Shown here: piece after piece, positions 27,001 through 39,638 of the stretch
Position numbering within the stretch: position 1 is the first letter of the stretch
How the letters are laid out: each line of letters opens with the position of its first letter
Assembly (NCBI RefSeq): GCF_052425735.1
Contig: NC_135760.1
Span: forward strand, 25,606,001 to 25,670,000
Length of the DNA: 64,000 nucleotides
Reading direction: 5' to 3'
Source: Oculina patagonica
Lineage: Eukaryota
The notes under the pieces: generated by a model
Database searches by the model: none
Told to the model about the DNA's origin: nothing
Seen by the model: only the letters and a program-made list of their open reading frames with translations
Program-made: the position numbers and the translations under genes

Positions 27001-29376
27001 TTATTTGTGTTCCACTTTTTATTTCTTTCTTACTTACCTTTATCGTTTACTAGAACAATTTATTATTTTGAAAAAGCGGGTTTTTTTGTATTTGAAAAGC
27101 GAGCCTAAAATTTCAAATTTGGAAGCATCCAGATGTAGATGTACAGGAAGTGGTCGAAAACAAGAAATCAAACAAATACGTCGGTCAAAAATATTTACAG
27201 CCCATATTTTGGACAGTCCGATTCTTGGACAATAATTATTCAGTTCGCCCATAAGGCAGTTGGATTCAGGTTAGATTGCGTGACGCAACTTTCAATCAAC
27301 TGTTCAAGCCGATCTGTTGTGATCGCTTGATTTCTTGGGATGTGTTGCCCGCAACTTTCTTTTATTTGTTTCAGTTATCACAATCATGTGGTATGTTCAA
27401 TGTTATGTTATGTGTGTTATGTTTACCGTTTGAAACTTTCTGCGGATACTATGGTTGACGAAAACCAGAAAGAAATGTGAAATCCAATAACATGGCCATG
27501 GCGGACCTGACAATGAATTTTGTTGTCTCACCGGCTTGCAGGTAGGCGACAGTATTTTTTTTTTGCTGACTCGCTAGCTGCTAAGGTTTTCGAGTTTTAA
27601 ATGATGTTTTATTGTGTGAGCTGATATAAAGTTTTGTAAAGTTACAATGTTTACGAAATATTGTGTTGTTTATGCTAAATTCTTTTCGCTTGAGCAACTG
27701 CCCGCTGTTGCAATGTAAACAAAACATGTTCGCAACATAAGCCAAGTTGCCGCCTGGTTGCACTAAAAGCTCGCTTAAACCACAACATATTTTTCCATTT
27801 CCATACTCTTTGACTTCTTCTTAGTTGGTATGGAAACAAATGTAATGCGGAAGTAGTTGGACTTTTGCGCAGTGATCCGTTGAAAATGTGCCATTTTTTC
27901 GAACCGTTCGCGTCAATGGCCAAGTAGACTTCAAATCAAAAATATTTCGTATTAATAGTTTCTTTTAAACGAATCAAAATTGTGTGCTTTATACAGATAA
28001 AGGTCCCCAATTTATTCCAGGAGAGTTAAGACAATTTCTAAAGTTAGCGCATAAATTTTTGAAGCGGTGACTCGATTTTCACTTGTCGCCATTGCTAAAA
28101 ATAGGCCGGTTGTGGTCTAAATGAATAAAATATTAAAACATATATCTTACGATACTTGCAAATATGAAAGCTGTTTCGTTTTTTAGTTAAGACAGATTTG
28201 TGGGCAAAGTTTAAAGAAAATAGATTTTTCTTTTTTCAGAATATAGCTTACTTTGAATCAATGGAAAATATTTTTGTCATTCGCCGCTCCAAGTCGCTCG
28301 TGCGTGACGAACATCAGGGAGAGTTCAAGTGCTGTTATTTTTGGTATTTCTTCTATTGTAGGCAATCTTTAGGATAAATACTATTTTTCTAAAGTCTCAA
28401 ACGTATAAAACTTCAAAGCTAATTTTACCGTGTTGTCTTTGCCCAAAAAATATACAAATTACTCTATTGCGTGTTTCGTGTCATGTGTTTCAGTTGTTCT
28501 TTTCAAAGCCGCGGAATTGTAATTTTGTCGACCTTTGATCGACCTTTGTTAAAAACTGCTACTAGATCCTACACTTTTGAAACCATAAACCTAAAATTCA
28601 ACGACTGGACTCTCTTTGCCTAAAATATCAGAAGATTTGAAGCACTACCGGTCAGCTTTTTTCCTCACTGAATTTGGATTATTTTAGCCTTTTTCCTAAA
28701 TGAGAAAAATGTGTCTACTTAATCGAGGCTCAGCTGGCTCAGAAATAATCAGAGATAAAAATACTAACTATATTTCAATAAAGGAAGAGTCAATCTATGC
28801 AACTAAGGTAAGGAAAGGTTTACAGCGGTTGAAACGTCTGGGTAGTAAGAATTTGAAAAGCGTGAAATTTCGGATTGTCGAGAAGTGAAATTTGAGCTTC
28901 CGGTACGATTACCGTTATTCGTGGTTTTCTGCCGTAAATTTGAATATTTCGAAAAACTAACTTCATATCTTTCAGTTACATACCTAGGCCCTCAAACTGA
29001 CAAAGTATGAGTTTTTGGCTGTGGCCAAAATTTCTTTGATTTCTTTGATTTTTTCTGACCATGACACTTAAGTCGTTGGAGGCATTTTACAAACGGTTTA
29101 GAGATGCGAGCAGCTAATTTGGACAGCTGACGGCCGTGATAAACTGCCATAAACACAAATAAATTTACAACAACAGTTTATTTAAAAAACATCATAATTT
29201 GGTGTCGTTATTGCGCGCCTCTATGTATAGAATCTACGTCATTTTGTGAGCATAATTTCGGAAATCAGAAGCATAATTTGGGAATTCAGGCATAATTTTT
29301 GCATAATTTGGCAAGATTTTGAGCACTGCTAGTAGCATAATATGCCACTTTTAGGAGCACAATCTATAAAAGCCTA
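24055..29376. mobile_element. Non-autonomous TIR element (TAGGCTTTTATAGATTGTGCT termini, GCATAATT subterminal repeats) hosting a nested foldback element
   Basis: 21-bp TIRs. The whole block is absent from the homologous site at ~7005. Confidence 0.8.
24279..29067. mobile_element. 4.8-kb foldback element, ~1.9-kb inverted arms, ~1-kb spacer, TTAA TSD
   Basis: 24279-~26179 is the reverse complement of ~27172-29067. TTAA lies at 24275-24278 and 29068-29071. The ORF track shows mirror ORFs. Confidence 0.9.
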
Positions 29377-29949
29377 CCAACAACAACAGCAGCAAAAACG
29401 TCTGGATGTTGGCAGATTGCAAAGACGCGTTAATTCATCTTTTGTCTTATTTTAACCACGACATCGATCTTTTCTTCCTCTATTGCCGCCATGTTTCATT
29501 TTGTTGTTTCCAGCTTCCACGGCAATGATTATTCCAGTGGATTGCCCTTGATTTTTGGACATTTTTTTAGGCTTTTTGTTTTTTATCCGACTGACCGTTC
29601 CAAACTTAGGAAAAGCATTCTACGGTAAACGGAGAAAAAAAGAAAAAAGGGGACGGCCTCATAGTCATTCGTGCCAGATTAAATGTCTTCGCTAGTGTAC
29701 ATGTAGAGACGAAACCACCGCGAAAACGCATGTTGTCTCTCTTGTATCAGACGTATCAGGCTTGGGAAGGGCGAGAGTAGTGGCACTAGGGGAGGGATTC
29801 AGAGAAGTAACAATGATAATTAATATTTAATAAAATAAAAAAACCTATGCACAATGCTTACTACAATTTAGTAGTAGAGTAACTTGTGTCATTCACAGAT
29901 TAAACGTTTGTCATATTTATATCAATATCATGAACTATGATCATCATCG

Positions 29950-29985
<36 letters not shown>

Positions 29986-30134
29986 CGTTATCGTTATTAC
30001 CATCATTATTATCGTCAGCACTGACATCATCATCATCGTCGTCATCATCATCATCATCATCATCGTCATTTTTACAATTTAATCCAATCTGTGTTCCCAT
30101 CTGTGGACTGCACTGTTGCTGGGACGCCTGGTTC

Positions 30135-30920
30135 TCACTTTAGAGGAGACATCAGAAACTTAAACTTAGACCAGCCAACTGAGCCAATCGTTTCAGTCTC
30201 CGCAGAGCCCAACCAGTTGTCACTACTTCCGGAACCATGAGTTGGGGGTGGTCCTTTGTAGAACTTGTCTTTGTAGACACCATACAATTCACCATCCGGC
30301 CTATCCGTGGCCGGCATGAAATAAAGCAACTGAAAATCATTCCAGCCCCCAGTGCCAATGAGCGTGGATGATCCTAACCAGTTGTCAGTTGGATCTGTGG
30401 GAGGTATCCTCCTATGGAACTTTCCAGATTCGTTTTCTACGCCGTATAAGATTCCTGAAGTATCGAAGAAAAGGAATTTGTAGTTACACCATCCGCCTGA
30501 TCCCAAAAGAGTTGCGTTTCCAATCCAGTCAGGGTCACTGCCCGGAGTTCCTGCTGGCGGGCACCGTTTGTAAAATTTATCGGTGGTGTTGTGAACGCCA
30601 TACAGCACTCCGTCAGGATCAAAGAAAAGGAATTTGAAGTCCTTCCATCCCACGTTTCCGATAAGGGAAGCCTTGGTCTTCCAATCAAAAGCCGAAGAGC
30701 CTTCAGGTGGTGGTCCTTTGTAGAACTTGTCATCCCATACTCCATATAAGGTACCGTCTGGGTGAAAGAACAGATGGTTAAAGTCGTTCCAGCCACCTAT
30801 CCCTATTGGTTTGGCAGTCCCAAGCCAGTTGGGGCTGCCACATTGGGGAGGAGTTCTCTTGTAGAAGTTTCCAGCGAATCTTCCATCGTTAACGACACCA
30901 AAGAGTTCATGGCATGCCAT
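30135..30920 (-). CDS. Tachylectin-2-like five-repeat beta-propeller lectin A, 261 aa, intact
   Basis: ~47-50-aa tandem repeats of type GW..FKFLFFDP.G.LYGV..DKFYK..PP....DNWLG.A.LIG. A splice acceptor lies 4 nt upstream of the ATG. Confidence 0.9.
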   Translation of the reverse strand: MACHELFGVVNDGRFAGNFYKRTPPQCGSPNWLGTAKPIGIGGWNDFNHLFFHPDGTLYGVWDDKFYKGPPPEGSSAFDWKTKASLIGNVGWKDFKFLFFDPDGVLYGVHNTTDKFYKRCPPAGTPGSDPDWIGNATLLGSGGWCNYKFLFFDTSGILYGVENESGKFHRRIPPTDPTDNWLGSSTLIGTGGWNDFQLLYFMPATDRPDGELYGVYKDKFYKGPPPTHGSGSSDNWLGSAETETIGSVGWSKFKFLMSPLK

Positions 30921-33419
30921 GGCGCTGAAAAAGAAACAAAAGACGGAACTTGTCTCTTCCTACTAACTACCACGGGTGTCATTTTGCCTTGCTTTTATGT
31001 AAAACTCTCACCAAGTTCAAGTATTGTGTTTCACCAGGGAATAGACGTGTATTATACGTACTCATTTACTCACTTTGGGTTCCTGTTTCTTAAACTACCA
31101 TGTTGTATAATTAGTGTATAATAATGAAAACAATATTGCATGAGTGAGAATGAGTGTGGAAATTATGAAAGCCAAAGGTTTTACTTGACACAGTAAGGAA
31201 CTTGCAAGACGCATGCCTGAATTGCCTATACACTAACTAAACAGGACTATTGAAAAAACGATGGATATCGCAATGCTAAACCGTAGAAAACTCGTTAAAA
31301 TATACGAAATAACTGCGACAGCTCAGATATTGAATTCAGGATCATTCCGCTCCTATTTGGAATTCCATTTGCCATTTCTAGGCACTAAAGAAGATATAAT
31401 CATTTCTTACACTAACAGCAACTACGATGAACCAGCAGTATATAGCCAACAAAGGACCATCATTCTCGATCAACAGTGATCATATGGAAACAGAAGACCA
31501 TTTCGATCGACGGATTCAGTAACTTTGATGACTTTCAAATGAAAAACAATATATTTCTTCACTGCGTGTTTCCGGTGAACGAGATCATTCGCTGCAATCA
31601 GGAGCCCTCCTGCGACAATAAGGTACGTTTAGTGATGCAAAGTTGCATCACCAGGAATGGCTTACCTTAGCTCCCGATAGAGCAAACAAAATACCCTGCA
31701 AAATGATCACTAACTCTCTTGATGCACGAAAAATCTGAGTTATATATATTCGGAAAATTTACGTTACGGATATTGGCTTCAATAACTGCAGAAAACTTGT
31801 TAATTCAGGCTTTCGAGCACGACGTCTATTGTTTTACATGTTTCAAGACCACTCTGACCTATTTCTTCGAATTTGGGCAGGTTTTTACCCTCAGCTTAAG
31901 AAATTTTTCTCACTATGTGATGTTCAGTGATTATATTTTGGTCTATTAGCCGAATATCAACAGTTGATGGAAACGTGACAAGATTTTATTTCTGGTTTTG
32001 CTCTGCTGCGCAAACCCTTTTGAGACCCTCTTGACGTTTACTGTTCTTAAATTTAGCATATTTTGGCTGTGCGTTGAATGTTGCACTGAGACGATTAACT
32101 TGGAACTTCCGAATTAGCCCAAATCATGAAAAAGCACCATTGCGCACTTTCAGTGACACTCTAATTCGGCCGAAAACCGGTCAAGAAAATTTTAGTGTTC
32201 TACAAAATAAATAGGTCGAACTTGTAACTAACAGTAATAGTGCAACATTTGGCAAGAATACTCATGGCGAAGTATCTTTTTTTGAAGAAGGGTGAAACCA
32301 AACTATGCCTTCTGCTGTACAAAGATATGCACTCCATAAACAAACGCTACTCACTTCATTACAGTTCGTTTTGCACTTCCAAAGCTAACACGCTCTTGTA
32401 TGTATTGCTGCCTCAGAACACAAACTATCGGTATAGCTCACTTTGAAAACGATCATGGTGGGCCTGGAACCCAAGTGGCTGCGCGGGCGCTTATGGGATA
32501 CATTGGGGACCCAGTAAACAAATATGGCGGAACAAAGCGCAACTTAGCACTTTTGTAGTTACAGATCAAATGTCTTCGGCGCGAGCACTCAAGCTGTCTC
32601 TGATGTATCAGGCTTGTGAAGGAAAAGACGTCATATTTCAGTTAGGGCCTGTTTACATAGAGGAAGGCCGCCATGACTAACCGCCCTTTATAGACGCGCC
32701 AACTTTTATATACGATTCTTTTCAAAACGCATTGAAGCGTTTAGATACGAAACAGGGTACCCCAGCCTAACCGAAGCACCCTGTCTACTTGCCATGGAAA
32801 TCCTTTTAAGCGGGCTATCTTTTCTGCTTGTTAACGGTCGCACCGGGATCATCCCGCCTTGCCGGGGCAAGTTTTCGTGCGTGTTTTAACTGAAACGTAA
32901 ACAAAATGGCGATAACATCTATGAATCTGAACCCAAACTGTCCTATTATGTTCAAATTAGTTAAGTCTTTTAATCGGAAAAACGTGTATATATTTTGAGC
33001 AAAAGAATATTCAAAGAGGGTTTTCGCTGGAAGCCGGGCAATGGTAAACTAAGCACCTGACGACAAATATTATTTTAGTGTGGCGTTGGAAGACTGATTC
33101 AAGCGGTAAGAAACTGTGTTTGGTAAATTTATAAAAACTTGCATATCAAGAGATAATTGCCTTGAGGACGGATGACTCCTTATAATGGCTTAAAACTTTA
33201 TATCTGGTTCTATGTTTTGCCTCTTCTAGGCTGGTAACTCGGTTAACCGGGTCACTCTCCTTTTATGTAAACGGACCCTTAGATAGGTGGATGAGAAGTG
33301 ATTTCATTCCTTCGGGAGGTGGCGGTGGGGGCTATGTCCGACTATTTGTAATATTGAATTCATTTTGTAACCCCACTTGATATCGAGTGGTAGTTTTTCT
33401 AGTGGTTGTACTAAATACA

Positions 33420-33858
33420 TACTAGTTATGCAGCACTTTCTAGTGGTATACCGTGGAATATCCCACGAATCACTAGCCTACGTGGCAGGCGTAAAAAGGG
33501 GAGGGAAAGGTAGACCTGTCCGTTTTTTCCCTCTCTCTCTCTCTTCTTTTCCAACTCCCCCTCCCTTCCCTTTCGACGCCTGCTACGCAGGCTAACGAGT
33601 CACTTGCATTTTCGCGGTATACACACAAGCCTCGAGTGTGTATACGAAGAAAATACAAGTGACAAGTGGGATATTCCATTGTATACCGCGAGAAACTGTT
33701 GTGTAACTATTTTATACCATGCCATAGAAAATATGCTGACTAAATTTCGCCGGGACAAAAAGTCGCAGTGCATGATGGAAAGGTTGAGTTGAATACCGTC
33801 GAATATACAACGGCTTTTCTGTACTCTGATTGGCTCTATTTTTTATGGCATGGTATAA
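33420..33858. mobile_element. MITE-like insertion containing a nested 121-bp TAG...CTA MITE (33474-33594, 9-bp TSD ACGA(A/G)TCAC)
   Basis: Absent from the homologous site at ~39424. The inner TIRs and TSD are seen directly. Confidence 0.7.
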
Positions 33859-34088
33859 AAGGCGGGTGTTCCACTGTGTGTGTCAGATCTGTATGTTGAT
33901 CATCAGTAAAGAAAGAACTCAAAATTGTTCGTCATCACCCTTTTATTCCTTACTATTACATCATGTTATGAAGGACACCCTTATAGTCTTTGTTATCGTT
34001 TACCATTACAGTTAAGCTTGACAGTCCACATTTTCATCCAATCTGTGTTCCCATCTGTGGACTGCATTGTTGCTGTGACACCTGGTTC

Positions 34089-34821
34089 TCACTTAAGAGG
34101 AGACATCAGGAATTTGAACAGGTGCCAGCCTGCTGAACCAATCTTCTTCGAGGAGCCCAACCAGGCATCACGTCCATGAGTTGGGGGTGATCGCTTAAAG
34201 AACTTGCCATCGAAGACGCCATACAAGTCACCATCCGCCATGAAGAAAAGCTTCTGAAAACGGTTCCAACCAGTCGTGCCAATGAGCGTGGATGATCCGA
34301 GCCAGTTGTCATTCCCAGCTGTGGGAGGGCTTCTTTTATGAAACTTGCCGTTTTTAAAGACGCCGTACAAGATTCCCTCTGGATCGAAAAAAAGAAATTT
34401 AAAGAGAGACCATCCACGCGATCCTACCAGTGTGGCAGATCCAATCCAGTTGTCACTACCGTATGCTGGCGGGAGCCTCTTGTAAAACTTGTCGTTGTAA
34501 ACGCCATAGAGCATTCCTTCAGGATCAAAGAAAAGGAACTGGAAGCCATTCCATCCAGACGTTCCGACAATCGTGGCTTTGGCGACCCAATCCGCAGCCG
34601 AAGAGCCATCGGGGGGAGGTCCTTTGTAGAACTTGCCATTCAGCAGCACTCCATATAAGGTACCATCTGGGTGGAAGAACAGAAACTTGAAGTCGTCCCA
34701 ACCTTTTGACCCTAGGACTGTGGCTGATCCAATCCAGTTGTCGCTGGCATACTTGGGAGGAGTTCTCGCGTAAAGTTTACCACCAAAAACTCCAAACAAC
34801 AGATTCTCGCCAACTGAGGAG
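34089..34821 (-). CDS. Tachylectin-2-like lectin B, main coding exon, open (~243 codons); no ATG at the exon start, so an upstream exon is needed
   Basis: Five regular ~47-aa tachylectin repeats. Acceptor TTCTTTCAG at 34830-34822. Confidence 0.85.
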
Positions 34822-35019
34822 CTGAAAGAAACAATTCAAGCAGGAAATATTACATATGAAAACTAATTGACCACCACTGTACTGATATTATTAAAAATTT
34901 GGAAGAATGGGGACTACTTTCTTCTTAACCAGATTTCGGTAAATCACTAGATGAATCTAAATTTCGAAATTAATTAAAGAAATAATTTAAAAAGGCTAAA
35001 AAGTTATTAAAGTTATTCA

Positions 35020-35440
35020 AATGAAAACGTTTTCGATTCTAGTTTATCATCAGTGATAAATGATCATCTGTATTCAACTTGGTTTTGTGTTGTTATAATT
35101 GCCGAGGGGAACAGCTTGGCGATAAAACAGTGCACCTGTTTGTTTAATGTTGGTTTCTCGCAAGCAATCAACACGCTTTCCATTATTTTGCGTCAAAAAG
35201 TCTTTTTTTTCGTGAACGCGATGTTCCATGTGTATCGATGATCAGTTTTTTGCGAGGTGGCAGGCTGGCTCCGAGTTATGGGTCTTATTCTCGTGCTCTG
35301 CTTTTCGCACTGCGAAATTACGTTTTGTTTCGCTAATACAAGTTTTGCCACATTTGCAAACGGCACGATAGATTACATTTGATTTGTGCCCGTTTTTGTC
35401 TTTGAGGTTAAAAAAACTTTTGATCTTTCGGGTTTGCCAT
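35020..35440 (-). mobile_element. Penelope-like element remnant (GIY-YIG fragment); second copy at ~56985-57420
   Basis: NVIYRAVCKCGKTCIGETKRNFAVRKAEH, with a downstream CTGATGA...GAAAACGTT hammerhead-like motif. Confidence 0.75.
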
Positions 35441-36177
35441 ACAATAATAATAATGAAGCGCCAATCCGTAAAGATGTTCAGTTTGTTTATGAACCGTTTA
35501 CTGATTCATTCAATCTTTCAGTGTGGTACCTACCAGGTAATAGTTCCAAAAACACTCACCAAAATGCACAATTGAAACATGATGCTCATGATTAAACTGA
35601 AAAAAATAAACATACAACATCAGTTACATCTCAGTGCTGACAAAAAATAGCATGCTAATAGAGTGAATTCGTGTAACCCGTTTTTTAAATGCTAATGAGC
35701 CGCAAAATATTCCAATGTTTGAGTACAATAAAACAATACACGAATGGTCAGAAAACCTTAAAGAAATCAGTTTAATTGTTTTACAGAAAATAATCAAGAA
35801 GTGCTTTTTCCTTCTTTGAACAGTTTCAACATGTTCAACTCCCTTTGCTATAAACCTATAGCGAAATAAAACGGACGTTGGTTCAAAACACACAGAATTT
35901 AATATTTTCTCGTTGTTGTTTTTCAGAAGACGGCAAACAAATTTGCCAAGAAAACGTGCACAGCTATTTTCCTGCTCATTAAACCTTTTGATTGTATAAT
36001 AAAATTGAACGCTAAGAAATTTGAACGACGTTTCGACCTTTCGACGGTCATTTTCAAGTTAGGTGTTTGAATAAAATATAGTAAAAGCGCTAAAATATGT
36101 ACATACAAACAATAGACAATAAGAATAAAAAGGCTAAAAATGGCTAAAAAAATAACTTTGTGAAAATGGCATGCATA

Positions 36178-36646
36178 CCTTTTATTATAGGAAATTAACG
36201 CGTCATAAAATTAACGCGAATTTCACATTTTCGCGTTAATTTTTGTAAACGTTAATTTCCGCGCCGTTAATTAAGTGGAGCGTTAATTTCCATGACGTTA
36301 ATTTCCATTATTTTGGCCCCAATTTTTCGTTACAGTCCAGATGTTCTTGACTCCAAGGAAAAAGCATAATTTTATCTTGCCACTATCATTGATACTGCGA
36401 AGAACGCTCAAAGTGGGAAAAGTACCACGAACATTGTTTTCGTTTAAGATTATACGCCTAGAAGTGTTGAAATAAACTTGTCCCTGTTATGTACGTCGCG
36501 TTAATTTCCTTTATTTTGAAATGTTACCCCCTCTTTCACGTTAATTTCCTTTATTGGGAAGTAATTTTTTCTTCAATTCGCGTTAATTTAAGTCGCGTTA
36601 ATTTCAAATACCTTAATTAACACAAGCGTTAATTTCCTATAATAAG
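36178..36646. mobile_element. TA-flanked MITE with many CGTTAATTT repeats
   Basis: TTATTATAGGAAATTAACG inverted termini and a TA TSD. The empty site is at ~58147. Confidence 0.8.
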
Positions 36647-37109
36647 TAGTTGTAAAAGATATAATTAAGAACGTAAAGCAAGCGAATAAGACGACGAGAA
36701 TAAGAACATTAAAGTACCTCATTGCTAGATCAAATGAGCCCGCGGTTCTTGGTCAGTTAGGTTGCCATGCGACCAAATTTAAGCTCTATAATTATTAATA
36801 AACGGGACATCACCACAATACGTTTGTGTTGCAAACGATGGAAGCAATTAATTCGTTTTCCCTATTCACAAGGCAACAGCAAATTCACGAGTTTATCCCG
36901 TACCCAGATCTTCTATCTAGTGGTAACACTACACTATAGAAGTTGATTTTACAAAAAACTAGCTATAGAATATCTTGGCGTGGATATTTGAGATGCTCGT
37001 TTCGCGTTTAAATCAATTAACAATAAAAATTTGAACGCACCGTGCTATAACACAAAGACAATTAAGGTAGCTGTTCTTATAGAAGCCTTACATAACAAAG
37101 TTTTCTTAC

Positions 37110-37337
37110 CGTTCCTCCGACAGCTATGGGTATGGGCATCAGCAGTATAGGTGTCAAAATCAGTATTAGGTATTTTCTCCATCTTAAGATTCGCTTGAGA
37201 AGCGAAGTCTTTTTCACTTGAAGCGGCTCGCGATCGCCGCGATAAGATAAGTTAGGGGAGCCAGTTTCGGTTGGTTGGTGTTTTGCTTCAGTATCTTCCA
37301 AATGACTATACCCTCTTTCTCGCTCGAATTCAGTCAT
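37110..37337 (-). CDS. SLC13: SLC13 exon 1, third copy (orphan; intron 1 is broken at ~36718)
   Basis: Same 76 aa and GT donor as the other two copies. No exon 2 follows. Confidence 0.8.
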
Positions 37338-37545
37338 CTTTCTTCCAAATCTGCGGTATTAAGGGATCAAGAGAACACATTCATGGAATGTTATCTGCAC
37401 GCAAGAAATATACAGCAAATAGAAAGAAGGAGGGTTTCTAGAAGGTCATTATTAAGGAGTTTTAAATCTCATATTCACCGTCACCTACCTTGATTTCAAT
37501 CCAGATGATTCAGTCTATTAACACAAAGGCAGCTGTGATAGTATT

Positions 37546-37945
37546 CAGGGGCACCCAACGGAATATTTCGTTAAAATATCTGTTCGGAAGACGATTTGAG
37601 ATCTAGAATTTTCGGAACATTCATTTTAAATTTTTTTGCTTGCCTGCCTTTCCTAGGATTTTCGAACATCTAAAAAATGGTATAATTGTTCATTTTTAAC
37701 GGATTTTTACTCTAAAAAGGTCACCTAGAATTTTCGGGAGCCCTTCTCTGGCTGTAATTTTTTCGAAAAGGTAAGTTTTGATCCCTATAACTTTCGGATC
37801 ACTAGACTTTCAGCTAGGAAATCTGAACAGATAAAAAAAATTTAGGGGATAAAAATATGCCTACATCTACCGTTTAAATACTAAAATACGTTGAACGGTG
37901 CTATCTTTAAGTGGTTTTGAACTATATTCTCGATGGGTGCCCCTG
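37546..37945. mobile_element. hAT-like MITE (CAGGGGCACCCA...TGGGTGCCCCTG), 6-bp TSD AGTATT
   Basis: TIRs and TSD seen. The empty site is at ~22420. Confidence 0.85.
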
Positions 37946-38061
37946 AGTATTGTTTGCAGACAACCGGTATTTTGTCAGACAGACAAAGCGGCTCAAATCG
38001 CACAGTTGCTAAGTTGTTGCAGTCACACCATTTGCCTCTTGTCACGAGCCCTGGATCACGC

Positions 38062-38904
38062 CAGGGGCGGATCCAGGGGGGTGGATTGGGTGGCTAGCCA
38101 CCCCCTTGATCCACCAGAAAAATTAAAATAAACATATTAAATAGAAAATAAGGACAATTTCCATCCACCTTTCATAGTCAGGCGGCCGTTCAAAGTTAAG
38201 AAAGGCTATTTTTCCAAAAAGGAGATTTTCGACAGCCTGTTTTACAAACTTCTGGCTTAATGTAGCAAAACATGTGTGTTTAATTTTAAAAAGTTAGATT
38301 CTTTTTGACTTTCAAGAGTTGTTCTAGCCTTGCTGGAACGATTTCGTCTTCATTTACATCCTTTTTAAGCGAGTTTTCGTACCGTTTATACGCATCGAAG
38401 CGATTTCACAAGCAAACGAAGTCGCCAAAGTTGCCCCCAGGCCACTTTGCCAAGGGCTAAAAATTTTTCACGCACGTGGGTTAGCAAAAAAACGCATATC
38501 TGTTCTTTCCTGTAAGTTCGTGGCTTGTCAACTTTAAATTTCAATCACTGTTCATGTCATAAGAACTAGACTTTTTCTCCAAAATATAACTCACGGTAAG
38601 TTAAAGAAGGAAAAACAGTGGTTTAATAACTTAATTGACAGCTGTATAAAGCTGCTCAGAATGACGGAAATCGCGTCTAAGAGGCTTCAACTTTTCAAAA
38701 TTTTCTAAAGGGGGCATGCCCCCAGACCCCCCTAGGGGGATGGAGCCTTCGCCTCCATTAAATATGAGCCTCGGACACAAAATCATCTGCACTCCCACTT
38801 CAAAAAACTGCCTGAAAGCCCGAAAGCCCACTCATAAAAAACAAACTGGTATAGTAAACAAAAAAACAGCCACCCCCGTTTGAAAAATCCTGGATCCGCC
38901 CCTG
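38062..38904. mobile_element. hAT-like MITE (CAGGGGCGGATCCAGG TIRs), 5-bp TSD CACGC
   Basis: TIRs and TSD seen. Empty sites are at ~4678 and ~22532. Confidence 0.85.
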
Positions 38905-39638
38905 CACGCNNNNNNNNNNNNNNNNNNNNNNNNNNNNNNNNNNNNNNNNNNNNNNNNNNNNNNNNNNNNNNNNNNNNNNNNNNNNNNNNNNNNNNNNNNN
39001 NNNNNNNNNNNNNNNNNNNNNNNNNNNNNNNNNNNNNNNNNNNNNNNNNNNNNNNNNNNNNNNNNNNNNNNNNNNNNNNNNNNNNNNNNNNNNNNNNNNN
39101 NNNNNNNNNNNNNNNNNNNNNNNNNNNNNNNNNNNNNNNNNNNNNNNNNNNNNNNNNNNNNNNNNNNNNNNNNNNNNNNNNNNNNNNNNNNNNNNNNNNN
39201 NNNNNNNNNNNNNNNNNNNNNNNNNNNNNNNNNNNNNNNNNNNNNNNNNNNNNNNNNNNNNNNNNNNNNNNNNNNNNNNNNNNNNNNNNNNNNNNNNNNN
39301 NNNNNNNNNNNNNNNNNNNNNNNNNNNNNNNNNNNNNNNNNNNNNNNNNNNNNNNNNNNNNNNNNNNNNNNNNNNNNNNNNNNNNNNNNNNNNNNNNNNN
39401 NNNNNNNNNGTTGTACTAAATACAAGGCGGGGTTCCACTGTATGTGTCAGAACTGTATGTTGATTATCAGTAAAGAAAGAACTCAAAATTGTTCGTCATC
39501 ACCCTTTTATTCCTCACTATAACAACAGTAATAGAACACCCTTATAGCCTTATCATTACAGTTAAGCTTAACAGTCCACAATTTCATCCAATCTGTGTTC
39601 CTATCTGCGGACTGCATTGTTGCTGCGACACTTGGCTC

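Noticed and set aside
24449-28888. Mirror-image short ORF pairs in the foldback arms (and 59688/62457)
   Set aside because: A consequence of the inverted repeats, with no transposase or other motifs.
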